Assembly (NCBI GenBank): GCA_902791295.1
Contig: CADAVI010000002.1
Coordinates: 270 to 64,269 of the forward strand
Length of the DNA stretch: 64,000 nucleotides
Direction: 5' to 3'
DNA from: an uncultured Bacteroidales bacterium
GTDB lineage: Bacteria; Bacteroidota; Bacteroidia; Bacteroidales; Bacteroidaceae
Under the pieces are notes generated by a model. The model made no database searches and was not told where the DNA came from. It saw nothing but the letters and a program-made list of their open reading frames with translations. Below are positions 27,440 through 38,413 of this stretch, one piece after another. How positions within the stretch are numbered: the first letter of the stretch is position 1; each line of letters opens with the position of its first letter. The position numbers were made by a program, and so were the translations under genes.

Positions 27440-28870
27440 ATGTCAAGAAACGCAATGAAAAAGACTCTATATAATGTCATCGTGTGTGCCCTTCTGGGCT
27501 CCGCGATGACCTCTTGCGCCGTCTTTAAGAACTACCACCGCGAGAAGGTGGTGGGTGAAGTTCAGACCGACGGCATCTACGGCGACGCACAGAGCGGTGA
27601 TTCGCTCGGCTTGGGCGACCTCTCATGGAGAGAACTGTTCACCGACCCTACCCTGCAGACACTCATCGAGAAAGCGCTTGCACAAAATACCGATGTGCGC
27701 AACACCGATCTGCAGATTCAGGAGGTGCAGTATGCCCTGAAGGCATCCAAAATGGCTTTCATACCCAGCATCACCTTTTCTGCCAACGGCTCAATCACCA
27801 AGGCATACGACCCCTACAACCGTGCAGAGTATCGCAACACCTTTACAGATAACACCAAAATCTACGGTGCATCCCTCACCATGGGTTGGCAGGATGTCAA
27901 CTTCTTCGCCCTGCGCAACGAGTTGAAGAAGGCCAAGGTGTCGCTCGAACAGATTCAAAACGCCCGTCAGGCTGTCACCGCCGGTCTTGTTGCCAATGTA
28001 GCCAAACTCTACTATACCATCTGCGAACTCGACGAACAGATTGTGCTTATGGAGCAGACTGTTGCCAACTGGAAGACCTATTGGGAGATGCAGAAGAAAC
28101 TGATGGAAGCCGGACAGGCCAATATTGCCGCCGTCAGCAGCATTGAAGCCACCTATTGGTCTATGGTGGGCACGCTCGACGAATTCTATGACAACCGCAC
28201 CATCACGCAGACAGCACTCTGCACACTCTTAGGCGAGCCCTCCCACGCTATTGAACACACCACGCTGGCATCCTTCCAGGCACCGGCCCTTATCACCACA
28301 GGGGCTCCTGTCTCCATCCTCTCGCGCCGTCCCGATGTGCGTGAAGCCGAACTGAAGCTCGCCTCCGCCTTCTACAGCAAGCAGATTGCCGGCAGCGCCT
28401 TTTATCCCAGCCTCACGCTGAATGCTTCGGGAAGTTTCACCAATGGTTTCGGTGCAAGTGTCATCAACCCCGGCATCATGATTGGTGAGGCCGTAGCCGC
28501 CTTGGCACAGCCGGTCTTCCAAAACGGCAAACTGAGAGCCCAGTACAAGATTTCGAAGAACGAACTGGAGATAGCCAAGAACAACTTCGTGCAGTCGGTG
28601 GTTGCCGCCGGCAACGAGGTGAACACAGCCATGCTGGAAGTACGTTGTGCCGAAGAGCATCGTATCTACTATGGCCACGAGGCCGATGCCAACCAGATTG
28701 CCTACGATGCCACACGCCGTCTCTACGAAAATTCTTCGCTCAACTACCTCAACGTCATCACGGCGCACAACGCGCTCATACAATCGCGCATGGCGCAGAT
28801 AACCAACCGTATGGATGCCGTAGAGGCCACCGTTGAACTCTATCTGGCACTCGGCGGCGGTTCCAAATAA
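27440..28870 (+). CDS. efflux outer-membrane factor (TolC/NodT-family lipoprotein)
   Basis: Signal plus Cys (LLGSAMTSCAV) and two OEP-like repeats. Third gene of the RND operon. Confidence 0.9.
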   Translation: MSRNAMKKTLYNVIVCALLGSAMTSCAVFKNYHREKVVGEVQTDGIYGDAQSGDSLGLGDLSWRELFTDPTLQTLIEKALAQNTDVRNTDLQIQEVQYALKASKMAFIPSITFSANGSITKAYDPYNRAEYRNTFTDNTKIYGASLTMGWQDVNFFALRNELKKAKVSLEQIQNARQAVTAGLVANVAKLYYTICELDEQIVLMEQTVANWKTYWEMQKKLMEAGQANIAAVSSIEATYWSMVGTLDEFYDNRTITQTALCTLLGEPSHAIEHTTLASFQAPALITTGAPVSILSRRPDVREAELKLASAFYSKQIAGSAFYPSLTLNASGSFTNGFGASVINPGIMIGEAVAALAQPVFQNGKLRAQYKISKNELEIAKNNFVQSVVAAGNEVNTAMLEVRCAEEHRIYYGHEADANQIAYDATRRLYENSSLNYLNVITAHNALIQSRMAQITNRMDAVEATVELYLALGGGSK

Positions 28871-28884
28871 ATGGATTTCTAAAA

Positions 28885-28932
28885 AAACAGAAGCGCCGCG
28901 AGCTCCTCACTGGGCCCGCGGCGTTTGTTTTA
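28885..28932. terminator. probable bidirectional terminator
   Basis: GC stem CGCCGCG (28894-28900) / CGCGGCG (28917-28923), flanked by an A-run on the left and a T-run on the right. Lies between convergent genes. Confidence 0.5.
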
Positions 28933-28953
28933 TTATCTGCATTGTCGTTTTTA

Positions 28954-29910
28954 TTACGACACCACATTACAAGGCTTTCCCTGCAGGAAGGCCCTGATGT
29001 TTTCCGTCGCAATGTGCAGCAACCGCTCCCGCGCCTCCTTCGTAGCCCAAGCCAGGTGCGGTGTGACATAGAGATTGGGCGCCTGGGGCAGATGCTGCGG
29101 CGGCTCCTGGGTGAGCACGTCCAGACAGGCAGCGGCCAGACGGCCTTCTTTCAGAGCCTCACACAAAGCCTCCTCGTCCACCAGCGGCCCTCTGCCCGTG
29201 TTGATTAGGATGGCTGAAGGCTTCATCATCTTCAGGCGATTGCCGTTCACCAGATGGTGTGTCTCGGGCGTCAGGGGACAATGCAGCGTCAGCACGTCAG
29301 CCCGACGAAAGACGTCTTCGTAGCTGTGTGTCGCTTCAATGCCCTCCTCCGTCTGCGTCTTGCTTGTGAAGGCCAACACCTTCATGCCGAAAGCTCTGGC
29401 AATCTGGGCCACAGCGCTTCCGATGTGGCCCAGACCGATGACACCCATCGTCTTGCCCGCCAGTTCCGTGAGGGGTGCTTTGTAGAAACAGAAGTCCTTG
29501 CTCCGCTCCCACTCTCCCTGCTTCACGGCGCTGTCGTAGAGCGCCACCTGCTGCGTCACATTGAGCAGATGGGCAAACACCATCTGCGCCACCGACATAG
29601 TGCTGTAGGCGGGGATATTGGTCACCGTGATGCCGCGCGCTCTGGCGGCCTCGATGTCCACCACATTGTAGCCCGTAGCCAGCACGCCGACGTATTTCAG
29701 CCGGGGCAGTTGAGCCATCACTTCGGCGTCAATCACCACCTTGTTGGTCAGCACAATGTCCGCGTCGCGTGCGCGCTCCACTGTAAGATGCGCAGGCGTG
29801 CGGTCGTAGCGCGTGAAGCTGCAACCTTCCAGCGTCTCCATTTCTTCCCATGAGAGGTCGCCCGGATTGGCGGCATACGAATCCAGTTCTACTATGTTGG
29901 TCTTCATCAT
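28954..29910 (-). CDS. D-isomer-specific 2-hydroxyacid dehydrogenase (glycerate dehydrogenase-like)
   Basis: GVIGLGHIGSAVAQIARAFGMKV NAD-binding motif and a catalytic R/E/H pattern. 318 aa. Confidence 0.85.
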   Translation of the reverse strand: MMKTNIVELDSYAANPGDLSWEEMETLEGCSFTRYDRTPAHLTVERARDADIVLTNKVVIDAEVMAQLPRLKYVGVLATGYNVVDIEAARARGITVTNIPAYSTMSVAQMVFAHLLNVTQQVALYDSAVKQGEWERSKDFCFYKAPLTELAGKTMGVIGLGHIGSAVAQIARAFGMKVLAFTSKTQTEEGIEATHSYEDVFRRADVLTLHCPLTPETHHLVNGNRLKMMKPSAILINTGRGPLVDEEALCEALKEGRLAAACLDVLTQEPPQHLPQAPNLYVTPHLAWATKEARERLLHIATENIRAFLQGKPCNVVS

Positions 29911-31454
29911 CTTTCATTAATTATATATTCTGCTGCGGCGTCGGCGCACCGTTGTCCGTCCACTGCCGCACTGACAATGCCTCCTGCATAGCCGGCACCC
30001 TCTCCTGCGGGATAGAGTCCGACGAGACGCACGTGGCGCAGCAGTTCCCGGTCCCTGAGAATGCGTACGGGCGCCGAAGTGCGCGTCTCCACACCGATGA
30101 CGGTCGCGTCGTTGGTGAGGAAGCCGCGATAACGTCTTCCCCAAAGACGGAAAGCCTCCCTCAGACGCTCCGAGATCTCTTTAGGCATCCAAAAGTGGAG
30201 CGGCGAAGCCACGAGACCCGGGGCGTAACTGCTCTCGTTGAGGTCGGTCGACAGGCGCCCGTTGACGAAATCCGCCATCCGCTGCGCCGGCGCCGTCTGC
30301 TTCCGGTTGCCCTGCAACCAACACAGGCGCTCCAGTTCCTCCTGATAGCGCATCATGCAGAGGGGATCGTCCGCCGTCGGCGCCACCTCCACCACCATGC
30401 CGCTGTTGGACCATCTGCCGTTGCGCCCGCTGGGGCTCATACCGTTCACGACAATCTGTTCCGGCCCCGTCGCCGCCGGCACCACAAAGCCGCCGGGACA
30501 CATGCAGAAGGAATACACGCCTCTGCCGTCCACCTGGTCCACCATAGCGTATTCCGCCGCCGGCAGCCAGCGTCCGCGGCCTTCGCGGCTGTGATACATG
30601 ATGCTGTCGATGAGCTGTGCCGGATGCTCCAGACGCACGCCGACAGCCAGCCCCTTCGCCTCTATCTCGATGCCGCTCTCGTGCAGATAGCGATACACGT
30701 CGCGGGCCGAATGTCCTGTGGCCAGAATCACCGCTTCGCCTTCGTATTCATGGCCGCCGGCCACGATGCCTTCCACACGGTCGCCCTTGATAATCAAACT
30801 TTCCGCCTTCGTTTGGAAATGCACTTCTCCGCCGCTGCGGCGGATGCGTTCGCGGATGTTTTCGATGACACGGGGCAGACGGTCGGTGCCGATATGGGGA
30901 TGCGCGTCGGAGAGTATGGCGGGCGATGCTCCATGCTGCACGAAGAGGCGCAGCACGCTCTCCACATTGCCGCGCTTCTTGCTGCGGGTGTAGAGCTTGC
31001 CGTCGGAGTAGGCGCCCGCTCCTCCCTCGCCAAAGGAGTAGTTGCTCTCGGGATTCACACTCTGCTCGGGACGGATGCGCGCGATGTCCTTCTTGCGCTC
31101 ATGCACGTCCTTGCCGCGCTCCACCACTACGGGCCTCAGTCCCCGCTCTATCAGACGCAGGGCGGCAAAGAGTCCCGCCGGTCCGGCGCCCACGATGACG
31201 ACGCTCTTGGCTCCGCTGACGTCCTTTTCCTTGAAGTCCTCCACACGGAAAACGCTCCCGTCGGGATCTGTCTCCACGGTGAGGTTGACCCACACCTGCC
31301 GCTGACGGGCGTCGATGCTGCGTCGCTTCACCCACAGCGTAGTGCTGCGCACGCCTTTTTCCTCTTGGAGATAGCGGCGTATGCTCTGTTCGTTATACGC
31401 CTGCTCCGGCGTCAGTTTGAGTGTGTATTCCATTGAACATTGAACATTGACCAT
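29907..31454 (-). CDS. FAD-dependent oxidoreductase (COG2509-like)
   Basis: VVIVGAGPAGLFAALRL dinucleotide-binding motif. 515 aa. The start is ambiguous between 31454 and 31433 and lies inside a heptamer repeat. Confidence 0.8.
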   Translation of the reverse strand: MVNVQCSMEYTLKLTPEQAYNEQSIRRYLQEEKGVRSTTLWVKRRSIDARQRQVWVNLTVETDPDGSVFRVEDFKEKDVSGAKSVVIVGAGPAGLFAALRLIERGLRPVVVERGKDVHERKKDIARIRPEQSVNPESNYSFGEGGAGAYSDGKLYTRSKKRGNVESVLRLFVQHGASPAILSDAHPHIGTDRLPRVIENIRERIRRSGGEVHFQTKAESLIIKGDRVEGIVAGGHEYEGEAVILATGHSARDVYRYLHESGIEIEAKGLAVGVRLEHPAQLIDSIMYHSREGRGRWLPAAEYAMVDQVDGRGVYSFCMCPGGFVVPAATGPEQIVVNGMSPSGRNGRWSNSGMVVEVAPTADDPLCMMRYQEELERLCWLQGNRKQTAPAQRMADFVNGRLSTDLNESSYAPGLVASPLHFWMPKEISERLREAFRLWGRRYRGFLTNDATVIGVETRTSAPVRILRDRELLRHVRLVGLYPAGEGAGYAGGIVSAAVDGQRCADAAAEYIINER

Positions 31455-31465
31455 TGAACATTAGC
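31431..31465. repeat. heptanucleotide tandem repeat CATTGAA/CATTGAC x4.5 (minus strand TTCAATG/GTCAATG)
   Basis: Direct reading. Spans the radA stop (31461-31463) and both candidate ATGs of the oxidoreductase gene. Confidence 0.9.
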
Positions 31466-32843
31466 CGAACAGTTCCCTCACGGCGTCGGCCACGCGGCCC
31501 ACGGGACAGAGTTCTATGGTGTATTGTGCGGCATCGATGCCGTTCATGTTGGCTTTGGGCAGCACCATGCGACGGAAGCCCATCCTCTGGGCCTCGGAGA
31601 TGCGCTGCTCGATGCGCGAGACGGGACGTATCTCGCCCGAGAGTCCCACTTCGCCGCACATCACGGTGTCAGCCTCTATCGGGGTGTCCACATTGCTGGA
31701 GAGCACGGCGGCCACGACGCTGAGATCCAGCGCGGGGTCGGTGACGCGCAGTCCGCCGGCGATGTTAAGGAAGACATCCTTCTGCGCCAACTTGAAGCCC
31801 ACGCGTTTTTCGAGTACGGCCAGCAGCATGTTGAGGCGCCGCCCGTCAAAGCCGATGGTGCTGCGCTGCGCGGTGCCGTAGGCGGCGGTGGACACGAGCG
31901 CCTGCGTCTCGATGAGGAAGGGCCTCACGCCCTCCACCGCGGCACAGATGGCCACGCCGGAGAGGCCGTCCCTGTTGTCCGATATCCACAGTTCCGAGGG
32001 GTTGGAGACGGGGCGCAGTCCGTCGCTGCGCATCTCATAGAGCCCGAGCTCCGAGGTGCTGCCGAAGCGGTTTTTGATGCCGCGCAGGATGCGGTACATG
32101 TGGTGCTGGTCGCCCTCAAACTGCAGCACGCAGTCCACGATGTGCTCCAGCACCTTCGGTCCGGCCAGTGTGCCGTCTTTGGTGATGTGGCCGATGAGTA
32201 TGATGCTGGCGCCTCCACCCTTGACGTACTTCAGCAGCGAAGCGGCGCATTCCCTGATTTGGGTCAGACTGCCGGGCGAAGAATCCACCGTCTCCGTCGA
32301 TACGGTCTGTATGGAGTCTATCACGACGAGGTCGGGCTGCAGGTCTTCAATGTGACCGTAGATGCGCTCCAGAGAGGTCTCCGTCAGCAGCAGGAGGTTG
32401 TCTCCCGAGCCGCCGCCCAGACGCTCCGCCCTGAGTTTGATCTGGCGGGCACTTTCCTCACCGGAGACGTAGAGCACTTTCATGCCCTCCAACCTCAGAA
32501 TGGTCTGCAGCACCAGCGTACTTTTGCCGATGCCGGGCTCGCCGCCCAGCAGACACAGGCTACCGGCCACCAGCCCACCGCCCAGCACGCGGTTGAGCTC
32601 TTCGTCGCACAGATCAATGCGCACTTCGCGGTCCACCGTGATGTCGCGTATGGGCGTCGGTATGCTGCCGGCGTTGCGTCCTCCGGCGGGCGCCTTGGGC
32701 AGTGTGATTCTCTCCGGAGCGGCTTTGGCCTCGCGGAACTCCTTCATCGTGTTCCACTGACCGCAGGCGGGACAGCGTCCCAGCCATTGCGCACTCTCCT
32801 GCCCGCACTCCGTGCAGACATACATCGTCTTAGTTTTTGCCAT
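31461..32843 (-). CDS. radA: DNA repair protein RadA/Sms
   Basis: N-terminal zinc ribbon CTECGQ..CPACGQW, Walker A GEPGIGKST, KNRFG motif and a Lon-protease-like C-terminus. Confidence 0.95.
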   Translation of the reverse strand: MAKTKTMYVCTECGQESAQWLGRCPACGQWNTMKEFREAKAAPERITLPKAPAGGRNAGSIPTPIRDITVDREVRIDLCDEELNRVLGGGLVAGSLCLLGGEPGIGKSTLVLQTILRLEGMKVLYVSGEESARQIKLRAERLGGGSGDNLLLLTETSLERIYGHIEDLQPDLVVIDSIQTVSTETVDSSPGSLTQIRECAASLLKYVKGGGASIILIGHITKDGTLAGPKVLEHIVDCVLQFEGDQHHMYRILRGIKNRFGSTSELGLYEMRSDGLRPVSNPSELWISDNRDGLSGVAICAAVEGVRPFLIETQALVSTAAYGTAQRSTIGFDGRRLNMLLAVLEKRVGFKLAQKDVFLNIAGGLRVTDPALDLSVVAAVLSSNVDTPIEADTVMCGEVGLSGEIRPVSRIEQRISEAQRMGFRRMVLPKANMNGIDAAQYTIELCPVGRVADAVRELFG

Positions 32844-33600
32844 ACATCTGATATAGGGCGTAAATCATGTATATTACAAAGCAGGGCACACCGACCCAGG
32901 GGAAGGGCGCCATCGTGAAGAACATATAATCCACCATCGCCACAGCGACGAGCGTGGCGCCGTAGAAGAAGAGGCCGCGCCCTTTCAGCAGGCGCAGCAT
33001 CTCGTCGGCGGTGGCGAGCGCCATCACCGTGAGGGCCCACACCGAGCAGAGAAAGAGGGCCACAATCCAAGGCTGTCCGAAGGGATTTAGCGACGGATGG
33101 AAATAGTATTCCTGCCAAGCTTCCGCGTGATATTTCTGTATCCAGGCGTAGAGCAGCGCCGAAGCCGACAGCGTCAGACAGAAGGCGGCGGGATAGCCGC
33201 TGCCGATGTCGTTGAAGTGAACCACGGGCATCCTGTGGCGCTTCGACTTCATCCACAGCCACACGAGCAGCACGAGCAGCGAGAAGCTCATGAAGACGGC
33301 AGCGTGGCGGCTCGAAAACACGTGGATGAACTCCGAGATGGGGTCGCTCGGCACGACGCTCTCCATCATGCGGCCTTCTCTCACCCACCCCTGCGTCATC
33401 TGGTCGCGCGCCAGCTTCACCCAGACGGTGTCCACCGTGTCTTCGGGGATGACGGCAATTTGGGCCACGACGACTTCGTCGCCGCTCCGGAGCCACACGC
33501 TGTCGCCCCGCACCTGTTGGGTGTGGAGGGGCTGCTCGCGCTGCAGGGACAGGTCGCCCGTCAGTCGGAAGTTGAAGTTGGCGGTGTAGTGACGGGGCAT
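32830..33600 (-). CDS. hypothetical polytopic membrane protein (256 aa)
   Basis: Soluble N-terminal region of about 95 aa followed by about 5 hydrophobic helices. Preferred over the Arg-rich alternative frame 32744..33496. Confidence 0.6.
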   Translation of the reverse strand: MPRHYTANFNFRLTGDLSLQREQPLHTQQVRGDSVWLRSGDEVVVAQIAVIPEDTVDTVWVKLARDQMTQGWVREGRMMESVVPSDPISEFIHVFSSRHAAVFMSFSLLVLLVWLWMKSKRHRMPVVHFNDIGSGYPAAFCLTLSASALLYAWIQKYHAEAWQEYYFHPSLNPFGQPWIVALFLCSVWALTVMALATADEMLRLLKGRGLFFYGATLVAVAMVDYMFFTMAPFPWVGVPCFVIYMIYALYQMYGKN

Positions 33601-33800
33601 CTTGTGTTTTCTTCGGTGTTAATCACTTGCATCTCACACTTGCGGCAGTCGAAGCGCAACAGATAGCGCCGTCCGTCGGCGCCGCGCAGATAGAGCGGCC
33701 CTTTCGGGGCCTGCGGATTGTCGCGCAGACAGAGACCCGTCTCGTAGCGGATGCAGTAGCGGCAGGTCATCAAAACTTCTCTATCGTCTTTCTTCTCCAT
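33561..33800 (-). pseudogene. Cys-rich C-terminal segment of the U32 gene, displaced into the -1 frame
   Basis: DREVLMTCRYCIRYETGLCLRD....LLRFDCRKCEMQV reads on from the main ORF only after a 1-nt frame change in GGAGAAGAAAGAC (about 33775-33795). Confidence 0.5.
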
Positions 33801-35287
33801 TCGGTGAGTATGCTTTTGGGGATGAACCAAGCGCCGCTGCAGCGGACACCGACGCATTCGTAGGGTGTGTCGCCCAGTCGCGAGAGTATCTCTGCGATGC
33901 TGCCGCTCTGGTCGCTTTTGGCCGGCTGCTTCTCCCGGGGGAAATGCTCCCGCACGCAGCGACCGTCCTCCCGCTCTGCGGTGAGTGTGAAGCCGTCGCC
34001 CTCTTCCTCAAGGGTCCACTTCAGCGCCACTTTGCGCACGGCGGTGCGGCCTTCAAGTGCACGCTCCATTGCCATATCCTGATTGCGGTAGAGGGCAGTG
34101 CCTTCCCGCAGTCCTTCGGGCATCACGTGGGGATAAAGGCGGTTGCCGTCGGCGCGGTTCACACGGAATCCGGCCAGCCTCCCGCCGGCGTCGTAGCAGA
34201 GCCCGTCGCCGTTGCTGAACGAGGCGACGGAGGCCACCACGATTGAGCCGCCGCGCAGGCTCTTCACCGTGCCCACCTTCGGGCCCATACTCTTGGGCGT
34301 CAGCAGACAGGCCATTCCCTTCTGCCGTCCGTGCAGGAAGTAGTCCGTGTAGCCGCGCTGGAAGGTGCGCTCCACATCGGGCGTGAAGCTGAGCTCCACC
34401 CGCCCCAGGGAGCTTCTGCGGTATTCGCTGCGGCGGCGGAAGATGGCGTCAAGCCTTTGGCGATACCAGGCCGTCACGTTCTTCACGTAGGCCTCGTCCT
34501 TTAGCCGGCCTTCTATCTTGAGCGACGTCACACCGGCGTCGAGCAGGCGCTCCAGGTCGTCACTGCGCTTCATGTCTTTCATCGAGAGCAGATGACCTGC
34601 GGCGAGGGTGTTGCCGTCGGCGTCTTCCAGCGTGTAGGGCATGCGGCAGAACTGTGCGCACTCTCCCCTGTTGGCCGAACGCCCGTAGCACACCTCGGAG
34701 GCATAGCAGCGTCCGCTGTACGACACGCACACGGCGCCGTGCACGAAGACCTCCAGCGGCATTTCGGGCACCGCCTCGTGGATGCGCCGGATTTCCTCCA
34801 GCGTCAGTTCGCGGGCCAGCACGGTCTGCAGACAGCCCTCCTCCCTGCGGCGGCGCACGTCGTCGGCCGTACGGTTGTCCATCTGTGTGGACGAGTGCAG
34901 CGGCAAATCTTTGATACGCTCCGCCAGACGCTCATCCTGCACGATGAAGGCATCGACGCCCCTGCCGTGAAGCTCGCGCGCCAGCGCTTCGGCCTCATCG
35001 AGTTCAGCGTCCGTGAGCAGCGTGTTGAGCGTCACATAGACCTTCACCCCGAAGGGCCGGGCGTAGCCGACCACCTCCGCGATGTCGTCCGCCGTGTTGC
35101 CGGCGGCGGCGCGCGCACCGTAGCGAGCCGCGCCGATATAGACGGCGTCGGCTCCGTGGTCTATGGCCGCCCGCGCCGTCTGGGCGTTGCGGGCAGGCGC
35201 CAGCAGTTCAATGTATCTGGTTGATGTCAAAGGGCGTCTCCTGATATACGTAGTAGTTGAGCCAGTTGGTGAAGAGCAGGTTGGCAT
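33770..35287 (-). CDS. U32-family peptidase-like protein, main body (C-terminus lost to a frameshift)
   Basis: YIELLAPARNAQTARAAIDHGADAVYIGAARYGAR...VYVTLNTLL is the U32 signature region. ATG 35287 overlaps metA by 80 nt. TTG at 35230 (giving MTSTRYIELLAPA) is a more likely start. Confidence 0.75.
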   Translation of the reverse strand: MPTCSSPTGSTTTYIRRRPLTSTRYIELLAPARNAQTARAAIDHGADAVYIGAARYGARAAAGNTADDIAEVVGYARPFGVKVYVTLNTLLTDAELDEAEALARELHGRGVDAFIVQDERLAERIKDLPLHSSTQMDNRTADDVRRRREEGCLQTVLARELTLEEIRRIHEAVPEMPLEVFVHGAVCVSYSGRCYASEVCYGRSANRGECAQFCRMPYTLEDADGNTLAAGHLLSMKDMKRSDDLERLLDAGVTSLKIEGRLKDEAYVKNVTAWYRQRLDAIFRRRSEYRRSSLGRVELSFTPDVERTFQRGYTDYFLHGRQKGMACLLTPKSMGPKVGTVKSLRGGSIVVASVASFSNGDGLCYDAGGRLAGFRVNRADGNRLYPHVMPEGLREGTALYRNQDMAMERALEGRTAVRKVALKWTLEEEGDGFTLTAEREDGRCVREHFPREKQPAKSDQSGSIAEILSRLGDTPYECVGVRCSGAWFIPKSILTEWRRKTIEKF

Positions 35288-36125
35288 GGGCTCTCCAGCT
35301 GACCTTCACCCCGTGTGCGGGGTCGTCGTCGTAATAATAGTTGTAGGGCATGCGGATGGGCAGCCCTTTGCCCAAATCGCGCCGGTATTCGGTGTCGAGC
35401 GTCATGGGCGAGTATTCGCTGTGGCCCGTGATGAAGATTTCGCGTCCTTCGCGCGCCATCACCATCGACACGCCGCTCAGCTCGCTCTCGGCGATGATGC
35501 GCAGGTCGGGACAGCGGCGCAGGTCCTCACGCCGTATCTCGGAGTGGCGGCTGTGGGGCATGTTGAATTTGTCGTCGAAGCCTCTGAAGAGCGGCAGCGA
35601 GGCGTCGGTGGGCGTCTGGGGGAAGATGCCGAACATCTTCTCGTCGAGGGGATATTTGGGGATGCCGTAGTGATGGTAGAGCCCGGCCTGCGCCGCCCAA
35701 CAGATGTAGAGCGTGGAGGTCACATGCGTGCGGCACCAGTCCATGATTTCCATCATCTCATTCCAGTAGTTCACCTCCTCGAAGGCGAGGTGCTCCACGG
35801 GCGCCCCGGTGATGATCATGCCGTCAAACTTCTCCTCCTTCATCGTTTCGAAGTCGCGGTAGAAGGCCTTCATGTGCTCCACAGGGGTGTTCTTCGAGGT
35901 GTGGGCCTTGACCTTCATCAGATGCAGCTCCAGCTGCAGGGGTGAGTTGGACAGCAGACGGATGAGATCCGTCTCAGTGGTGATTTTGAGCGGCATCAGG
36001 TTGAGGATGCAAATCCTCAGCGGACGGATATCCTGAGTGGAGGCGCGCAGTTCGTCCAGGACGAAGATGTTCTCCTTCTTCAGGAAGTCTATTGCCGGCA
36101 GTTTATTGGGTAGTCTGAGGGGCAT
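35208..36125 (-). CDS. metA: homoserine O-acyltransferase (MetA family)
   Basis: LRICILNLMPLKITTETDLIRLL.. and the C-terminal catalytic region are typical of MetA. 305 aa. Confidence 0.9.
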   Translation of the reverse strand: MPLRLPNKLPAIDFLKKENIFVLDELRASTQDIRPLRICILNLMPLKITTETDLIRLLSNSPLQLELHLMKVKAHTSKNTPVEHMKAFYRDFETMKEEKFDGMIITGAPVEHLAFEEVNYWNEMMEIMDWCRTHVTSTLYICWAAQAGLYHHYGIPKYPLDEKMFGIFPQTPTDASLPLFRGFDDKFNMPHSRHSEIRREDLRRCPDLRIIAESELSGVSMVMAREGREIFITGHSEYSPMTLDTEYRRDLGKGLPIRMPYNYYYDDDPAHGVKVSWRAHANLLFTNWLNYYVYQETPFDINQIH

Positions 36126-36139
36126 GTTTCTTCTTATTT

Positions 36140-36195
36140 ATTGACCATTGACCATTTGATCATTATTTTGTTCTTCACTCTTCGTTCTTCACTCT

Positions 36196-36197
<2 letters not shown>
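36140..36197. repeat. ATTGACC heptamer repeat (x2 plus degenerate copies), then 14-bp tandem GTTCTTCACTCTTC x2
   Basis: Direct reading. Fills the 70-nt spacer between the ABC-F stop and the metA ATG. Shares ATGGTCAATG (minus strand) with 31431-31465. Confidence 0.9.
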
Positions 36198-38118
<1,921 letters not shown>

Positions 38119-38129
38119 ACTTCAGCGGG

Positions 38130-38137
38130 CAAAGATA
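38130..38137 (-). promoter_or_regulatory. -7 box TATCTTTG
   Basis: Plus-strand CAAAGATA, 12 nt upstream of the ABC-F ATG. Confidence 0.4.
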
Positions 38138-38323
38138 CGAAATTTTTCCGACATTAGCCCGTTTTGCCCTGTTTTCTCTCACGGATAATCACGGACGTTT
38201 TATTTTACGCCCCAGTTAGAGAAAATTTGCGCGCCAGTTAGAAAACCGATTTTCTCCGGTTGGGAGCCCCTTGGAATTGTTGTAGCAAAAAGTCAAAGAT
38301 CGCTATCGTTTTGAACGACGGTG

Positions 38324-38331
38324 CAAAGATA
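38324..38331 (-). promoter_or_regulatory. orphan -7 box TATCTTTG with no ORF downstream
   Basis: Plus-strand CAAAGATA, about 200 nt upstream of the ABC-F ATG. It could make a long leader or an ncRNA across the CCAGTTAGA repeats. Confidence 0.3.
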
Positions 38332-38413
38332 CGACAGCGACATTGCGCTTTTCGAATAAATGAACAACTTTTTTCAAATTATTTTTTGAGGGCCATGCTC
38401 GAGAACTGCTAAT

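Noticed and set aside
31431-31465. ON/OFF phase variation of the oxidoreductase gene by heptamer slippage
   Set aside because: The proximal ATG (31433) is part of the last repeat unit and stays in frame whatever the copy number. Slippage therefore cannot switch the gene off. I kept it only as a possible modulatory or shared motif.
32744-33496. 250-aa alternative-frame ORF overlapping membrane-protein gene 32830..33600, and 4994..5263 inside gene 4368..5423
   Set aside because: These are Arg/Pro/Gly-rich or otherwise implausible products in an alternative frame of ORFs that show coherent TM helices or ordinary composition.
33770-33800. Programmed -1 ribosomal frameshift in the U32 gene
   Set aside because: The sequence G_AGA_AGA_AAG is not a canonical X_XXY_YYZ slippery heptamer, and I see no obvious downstream stimulatory structure. 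An indel or sequencing error in the A-run is the simpler explanation.
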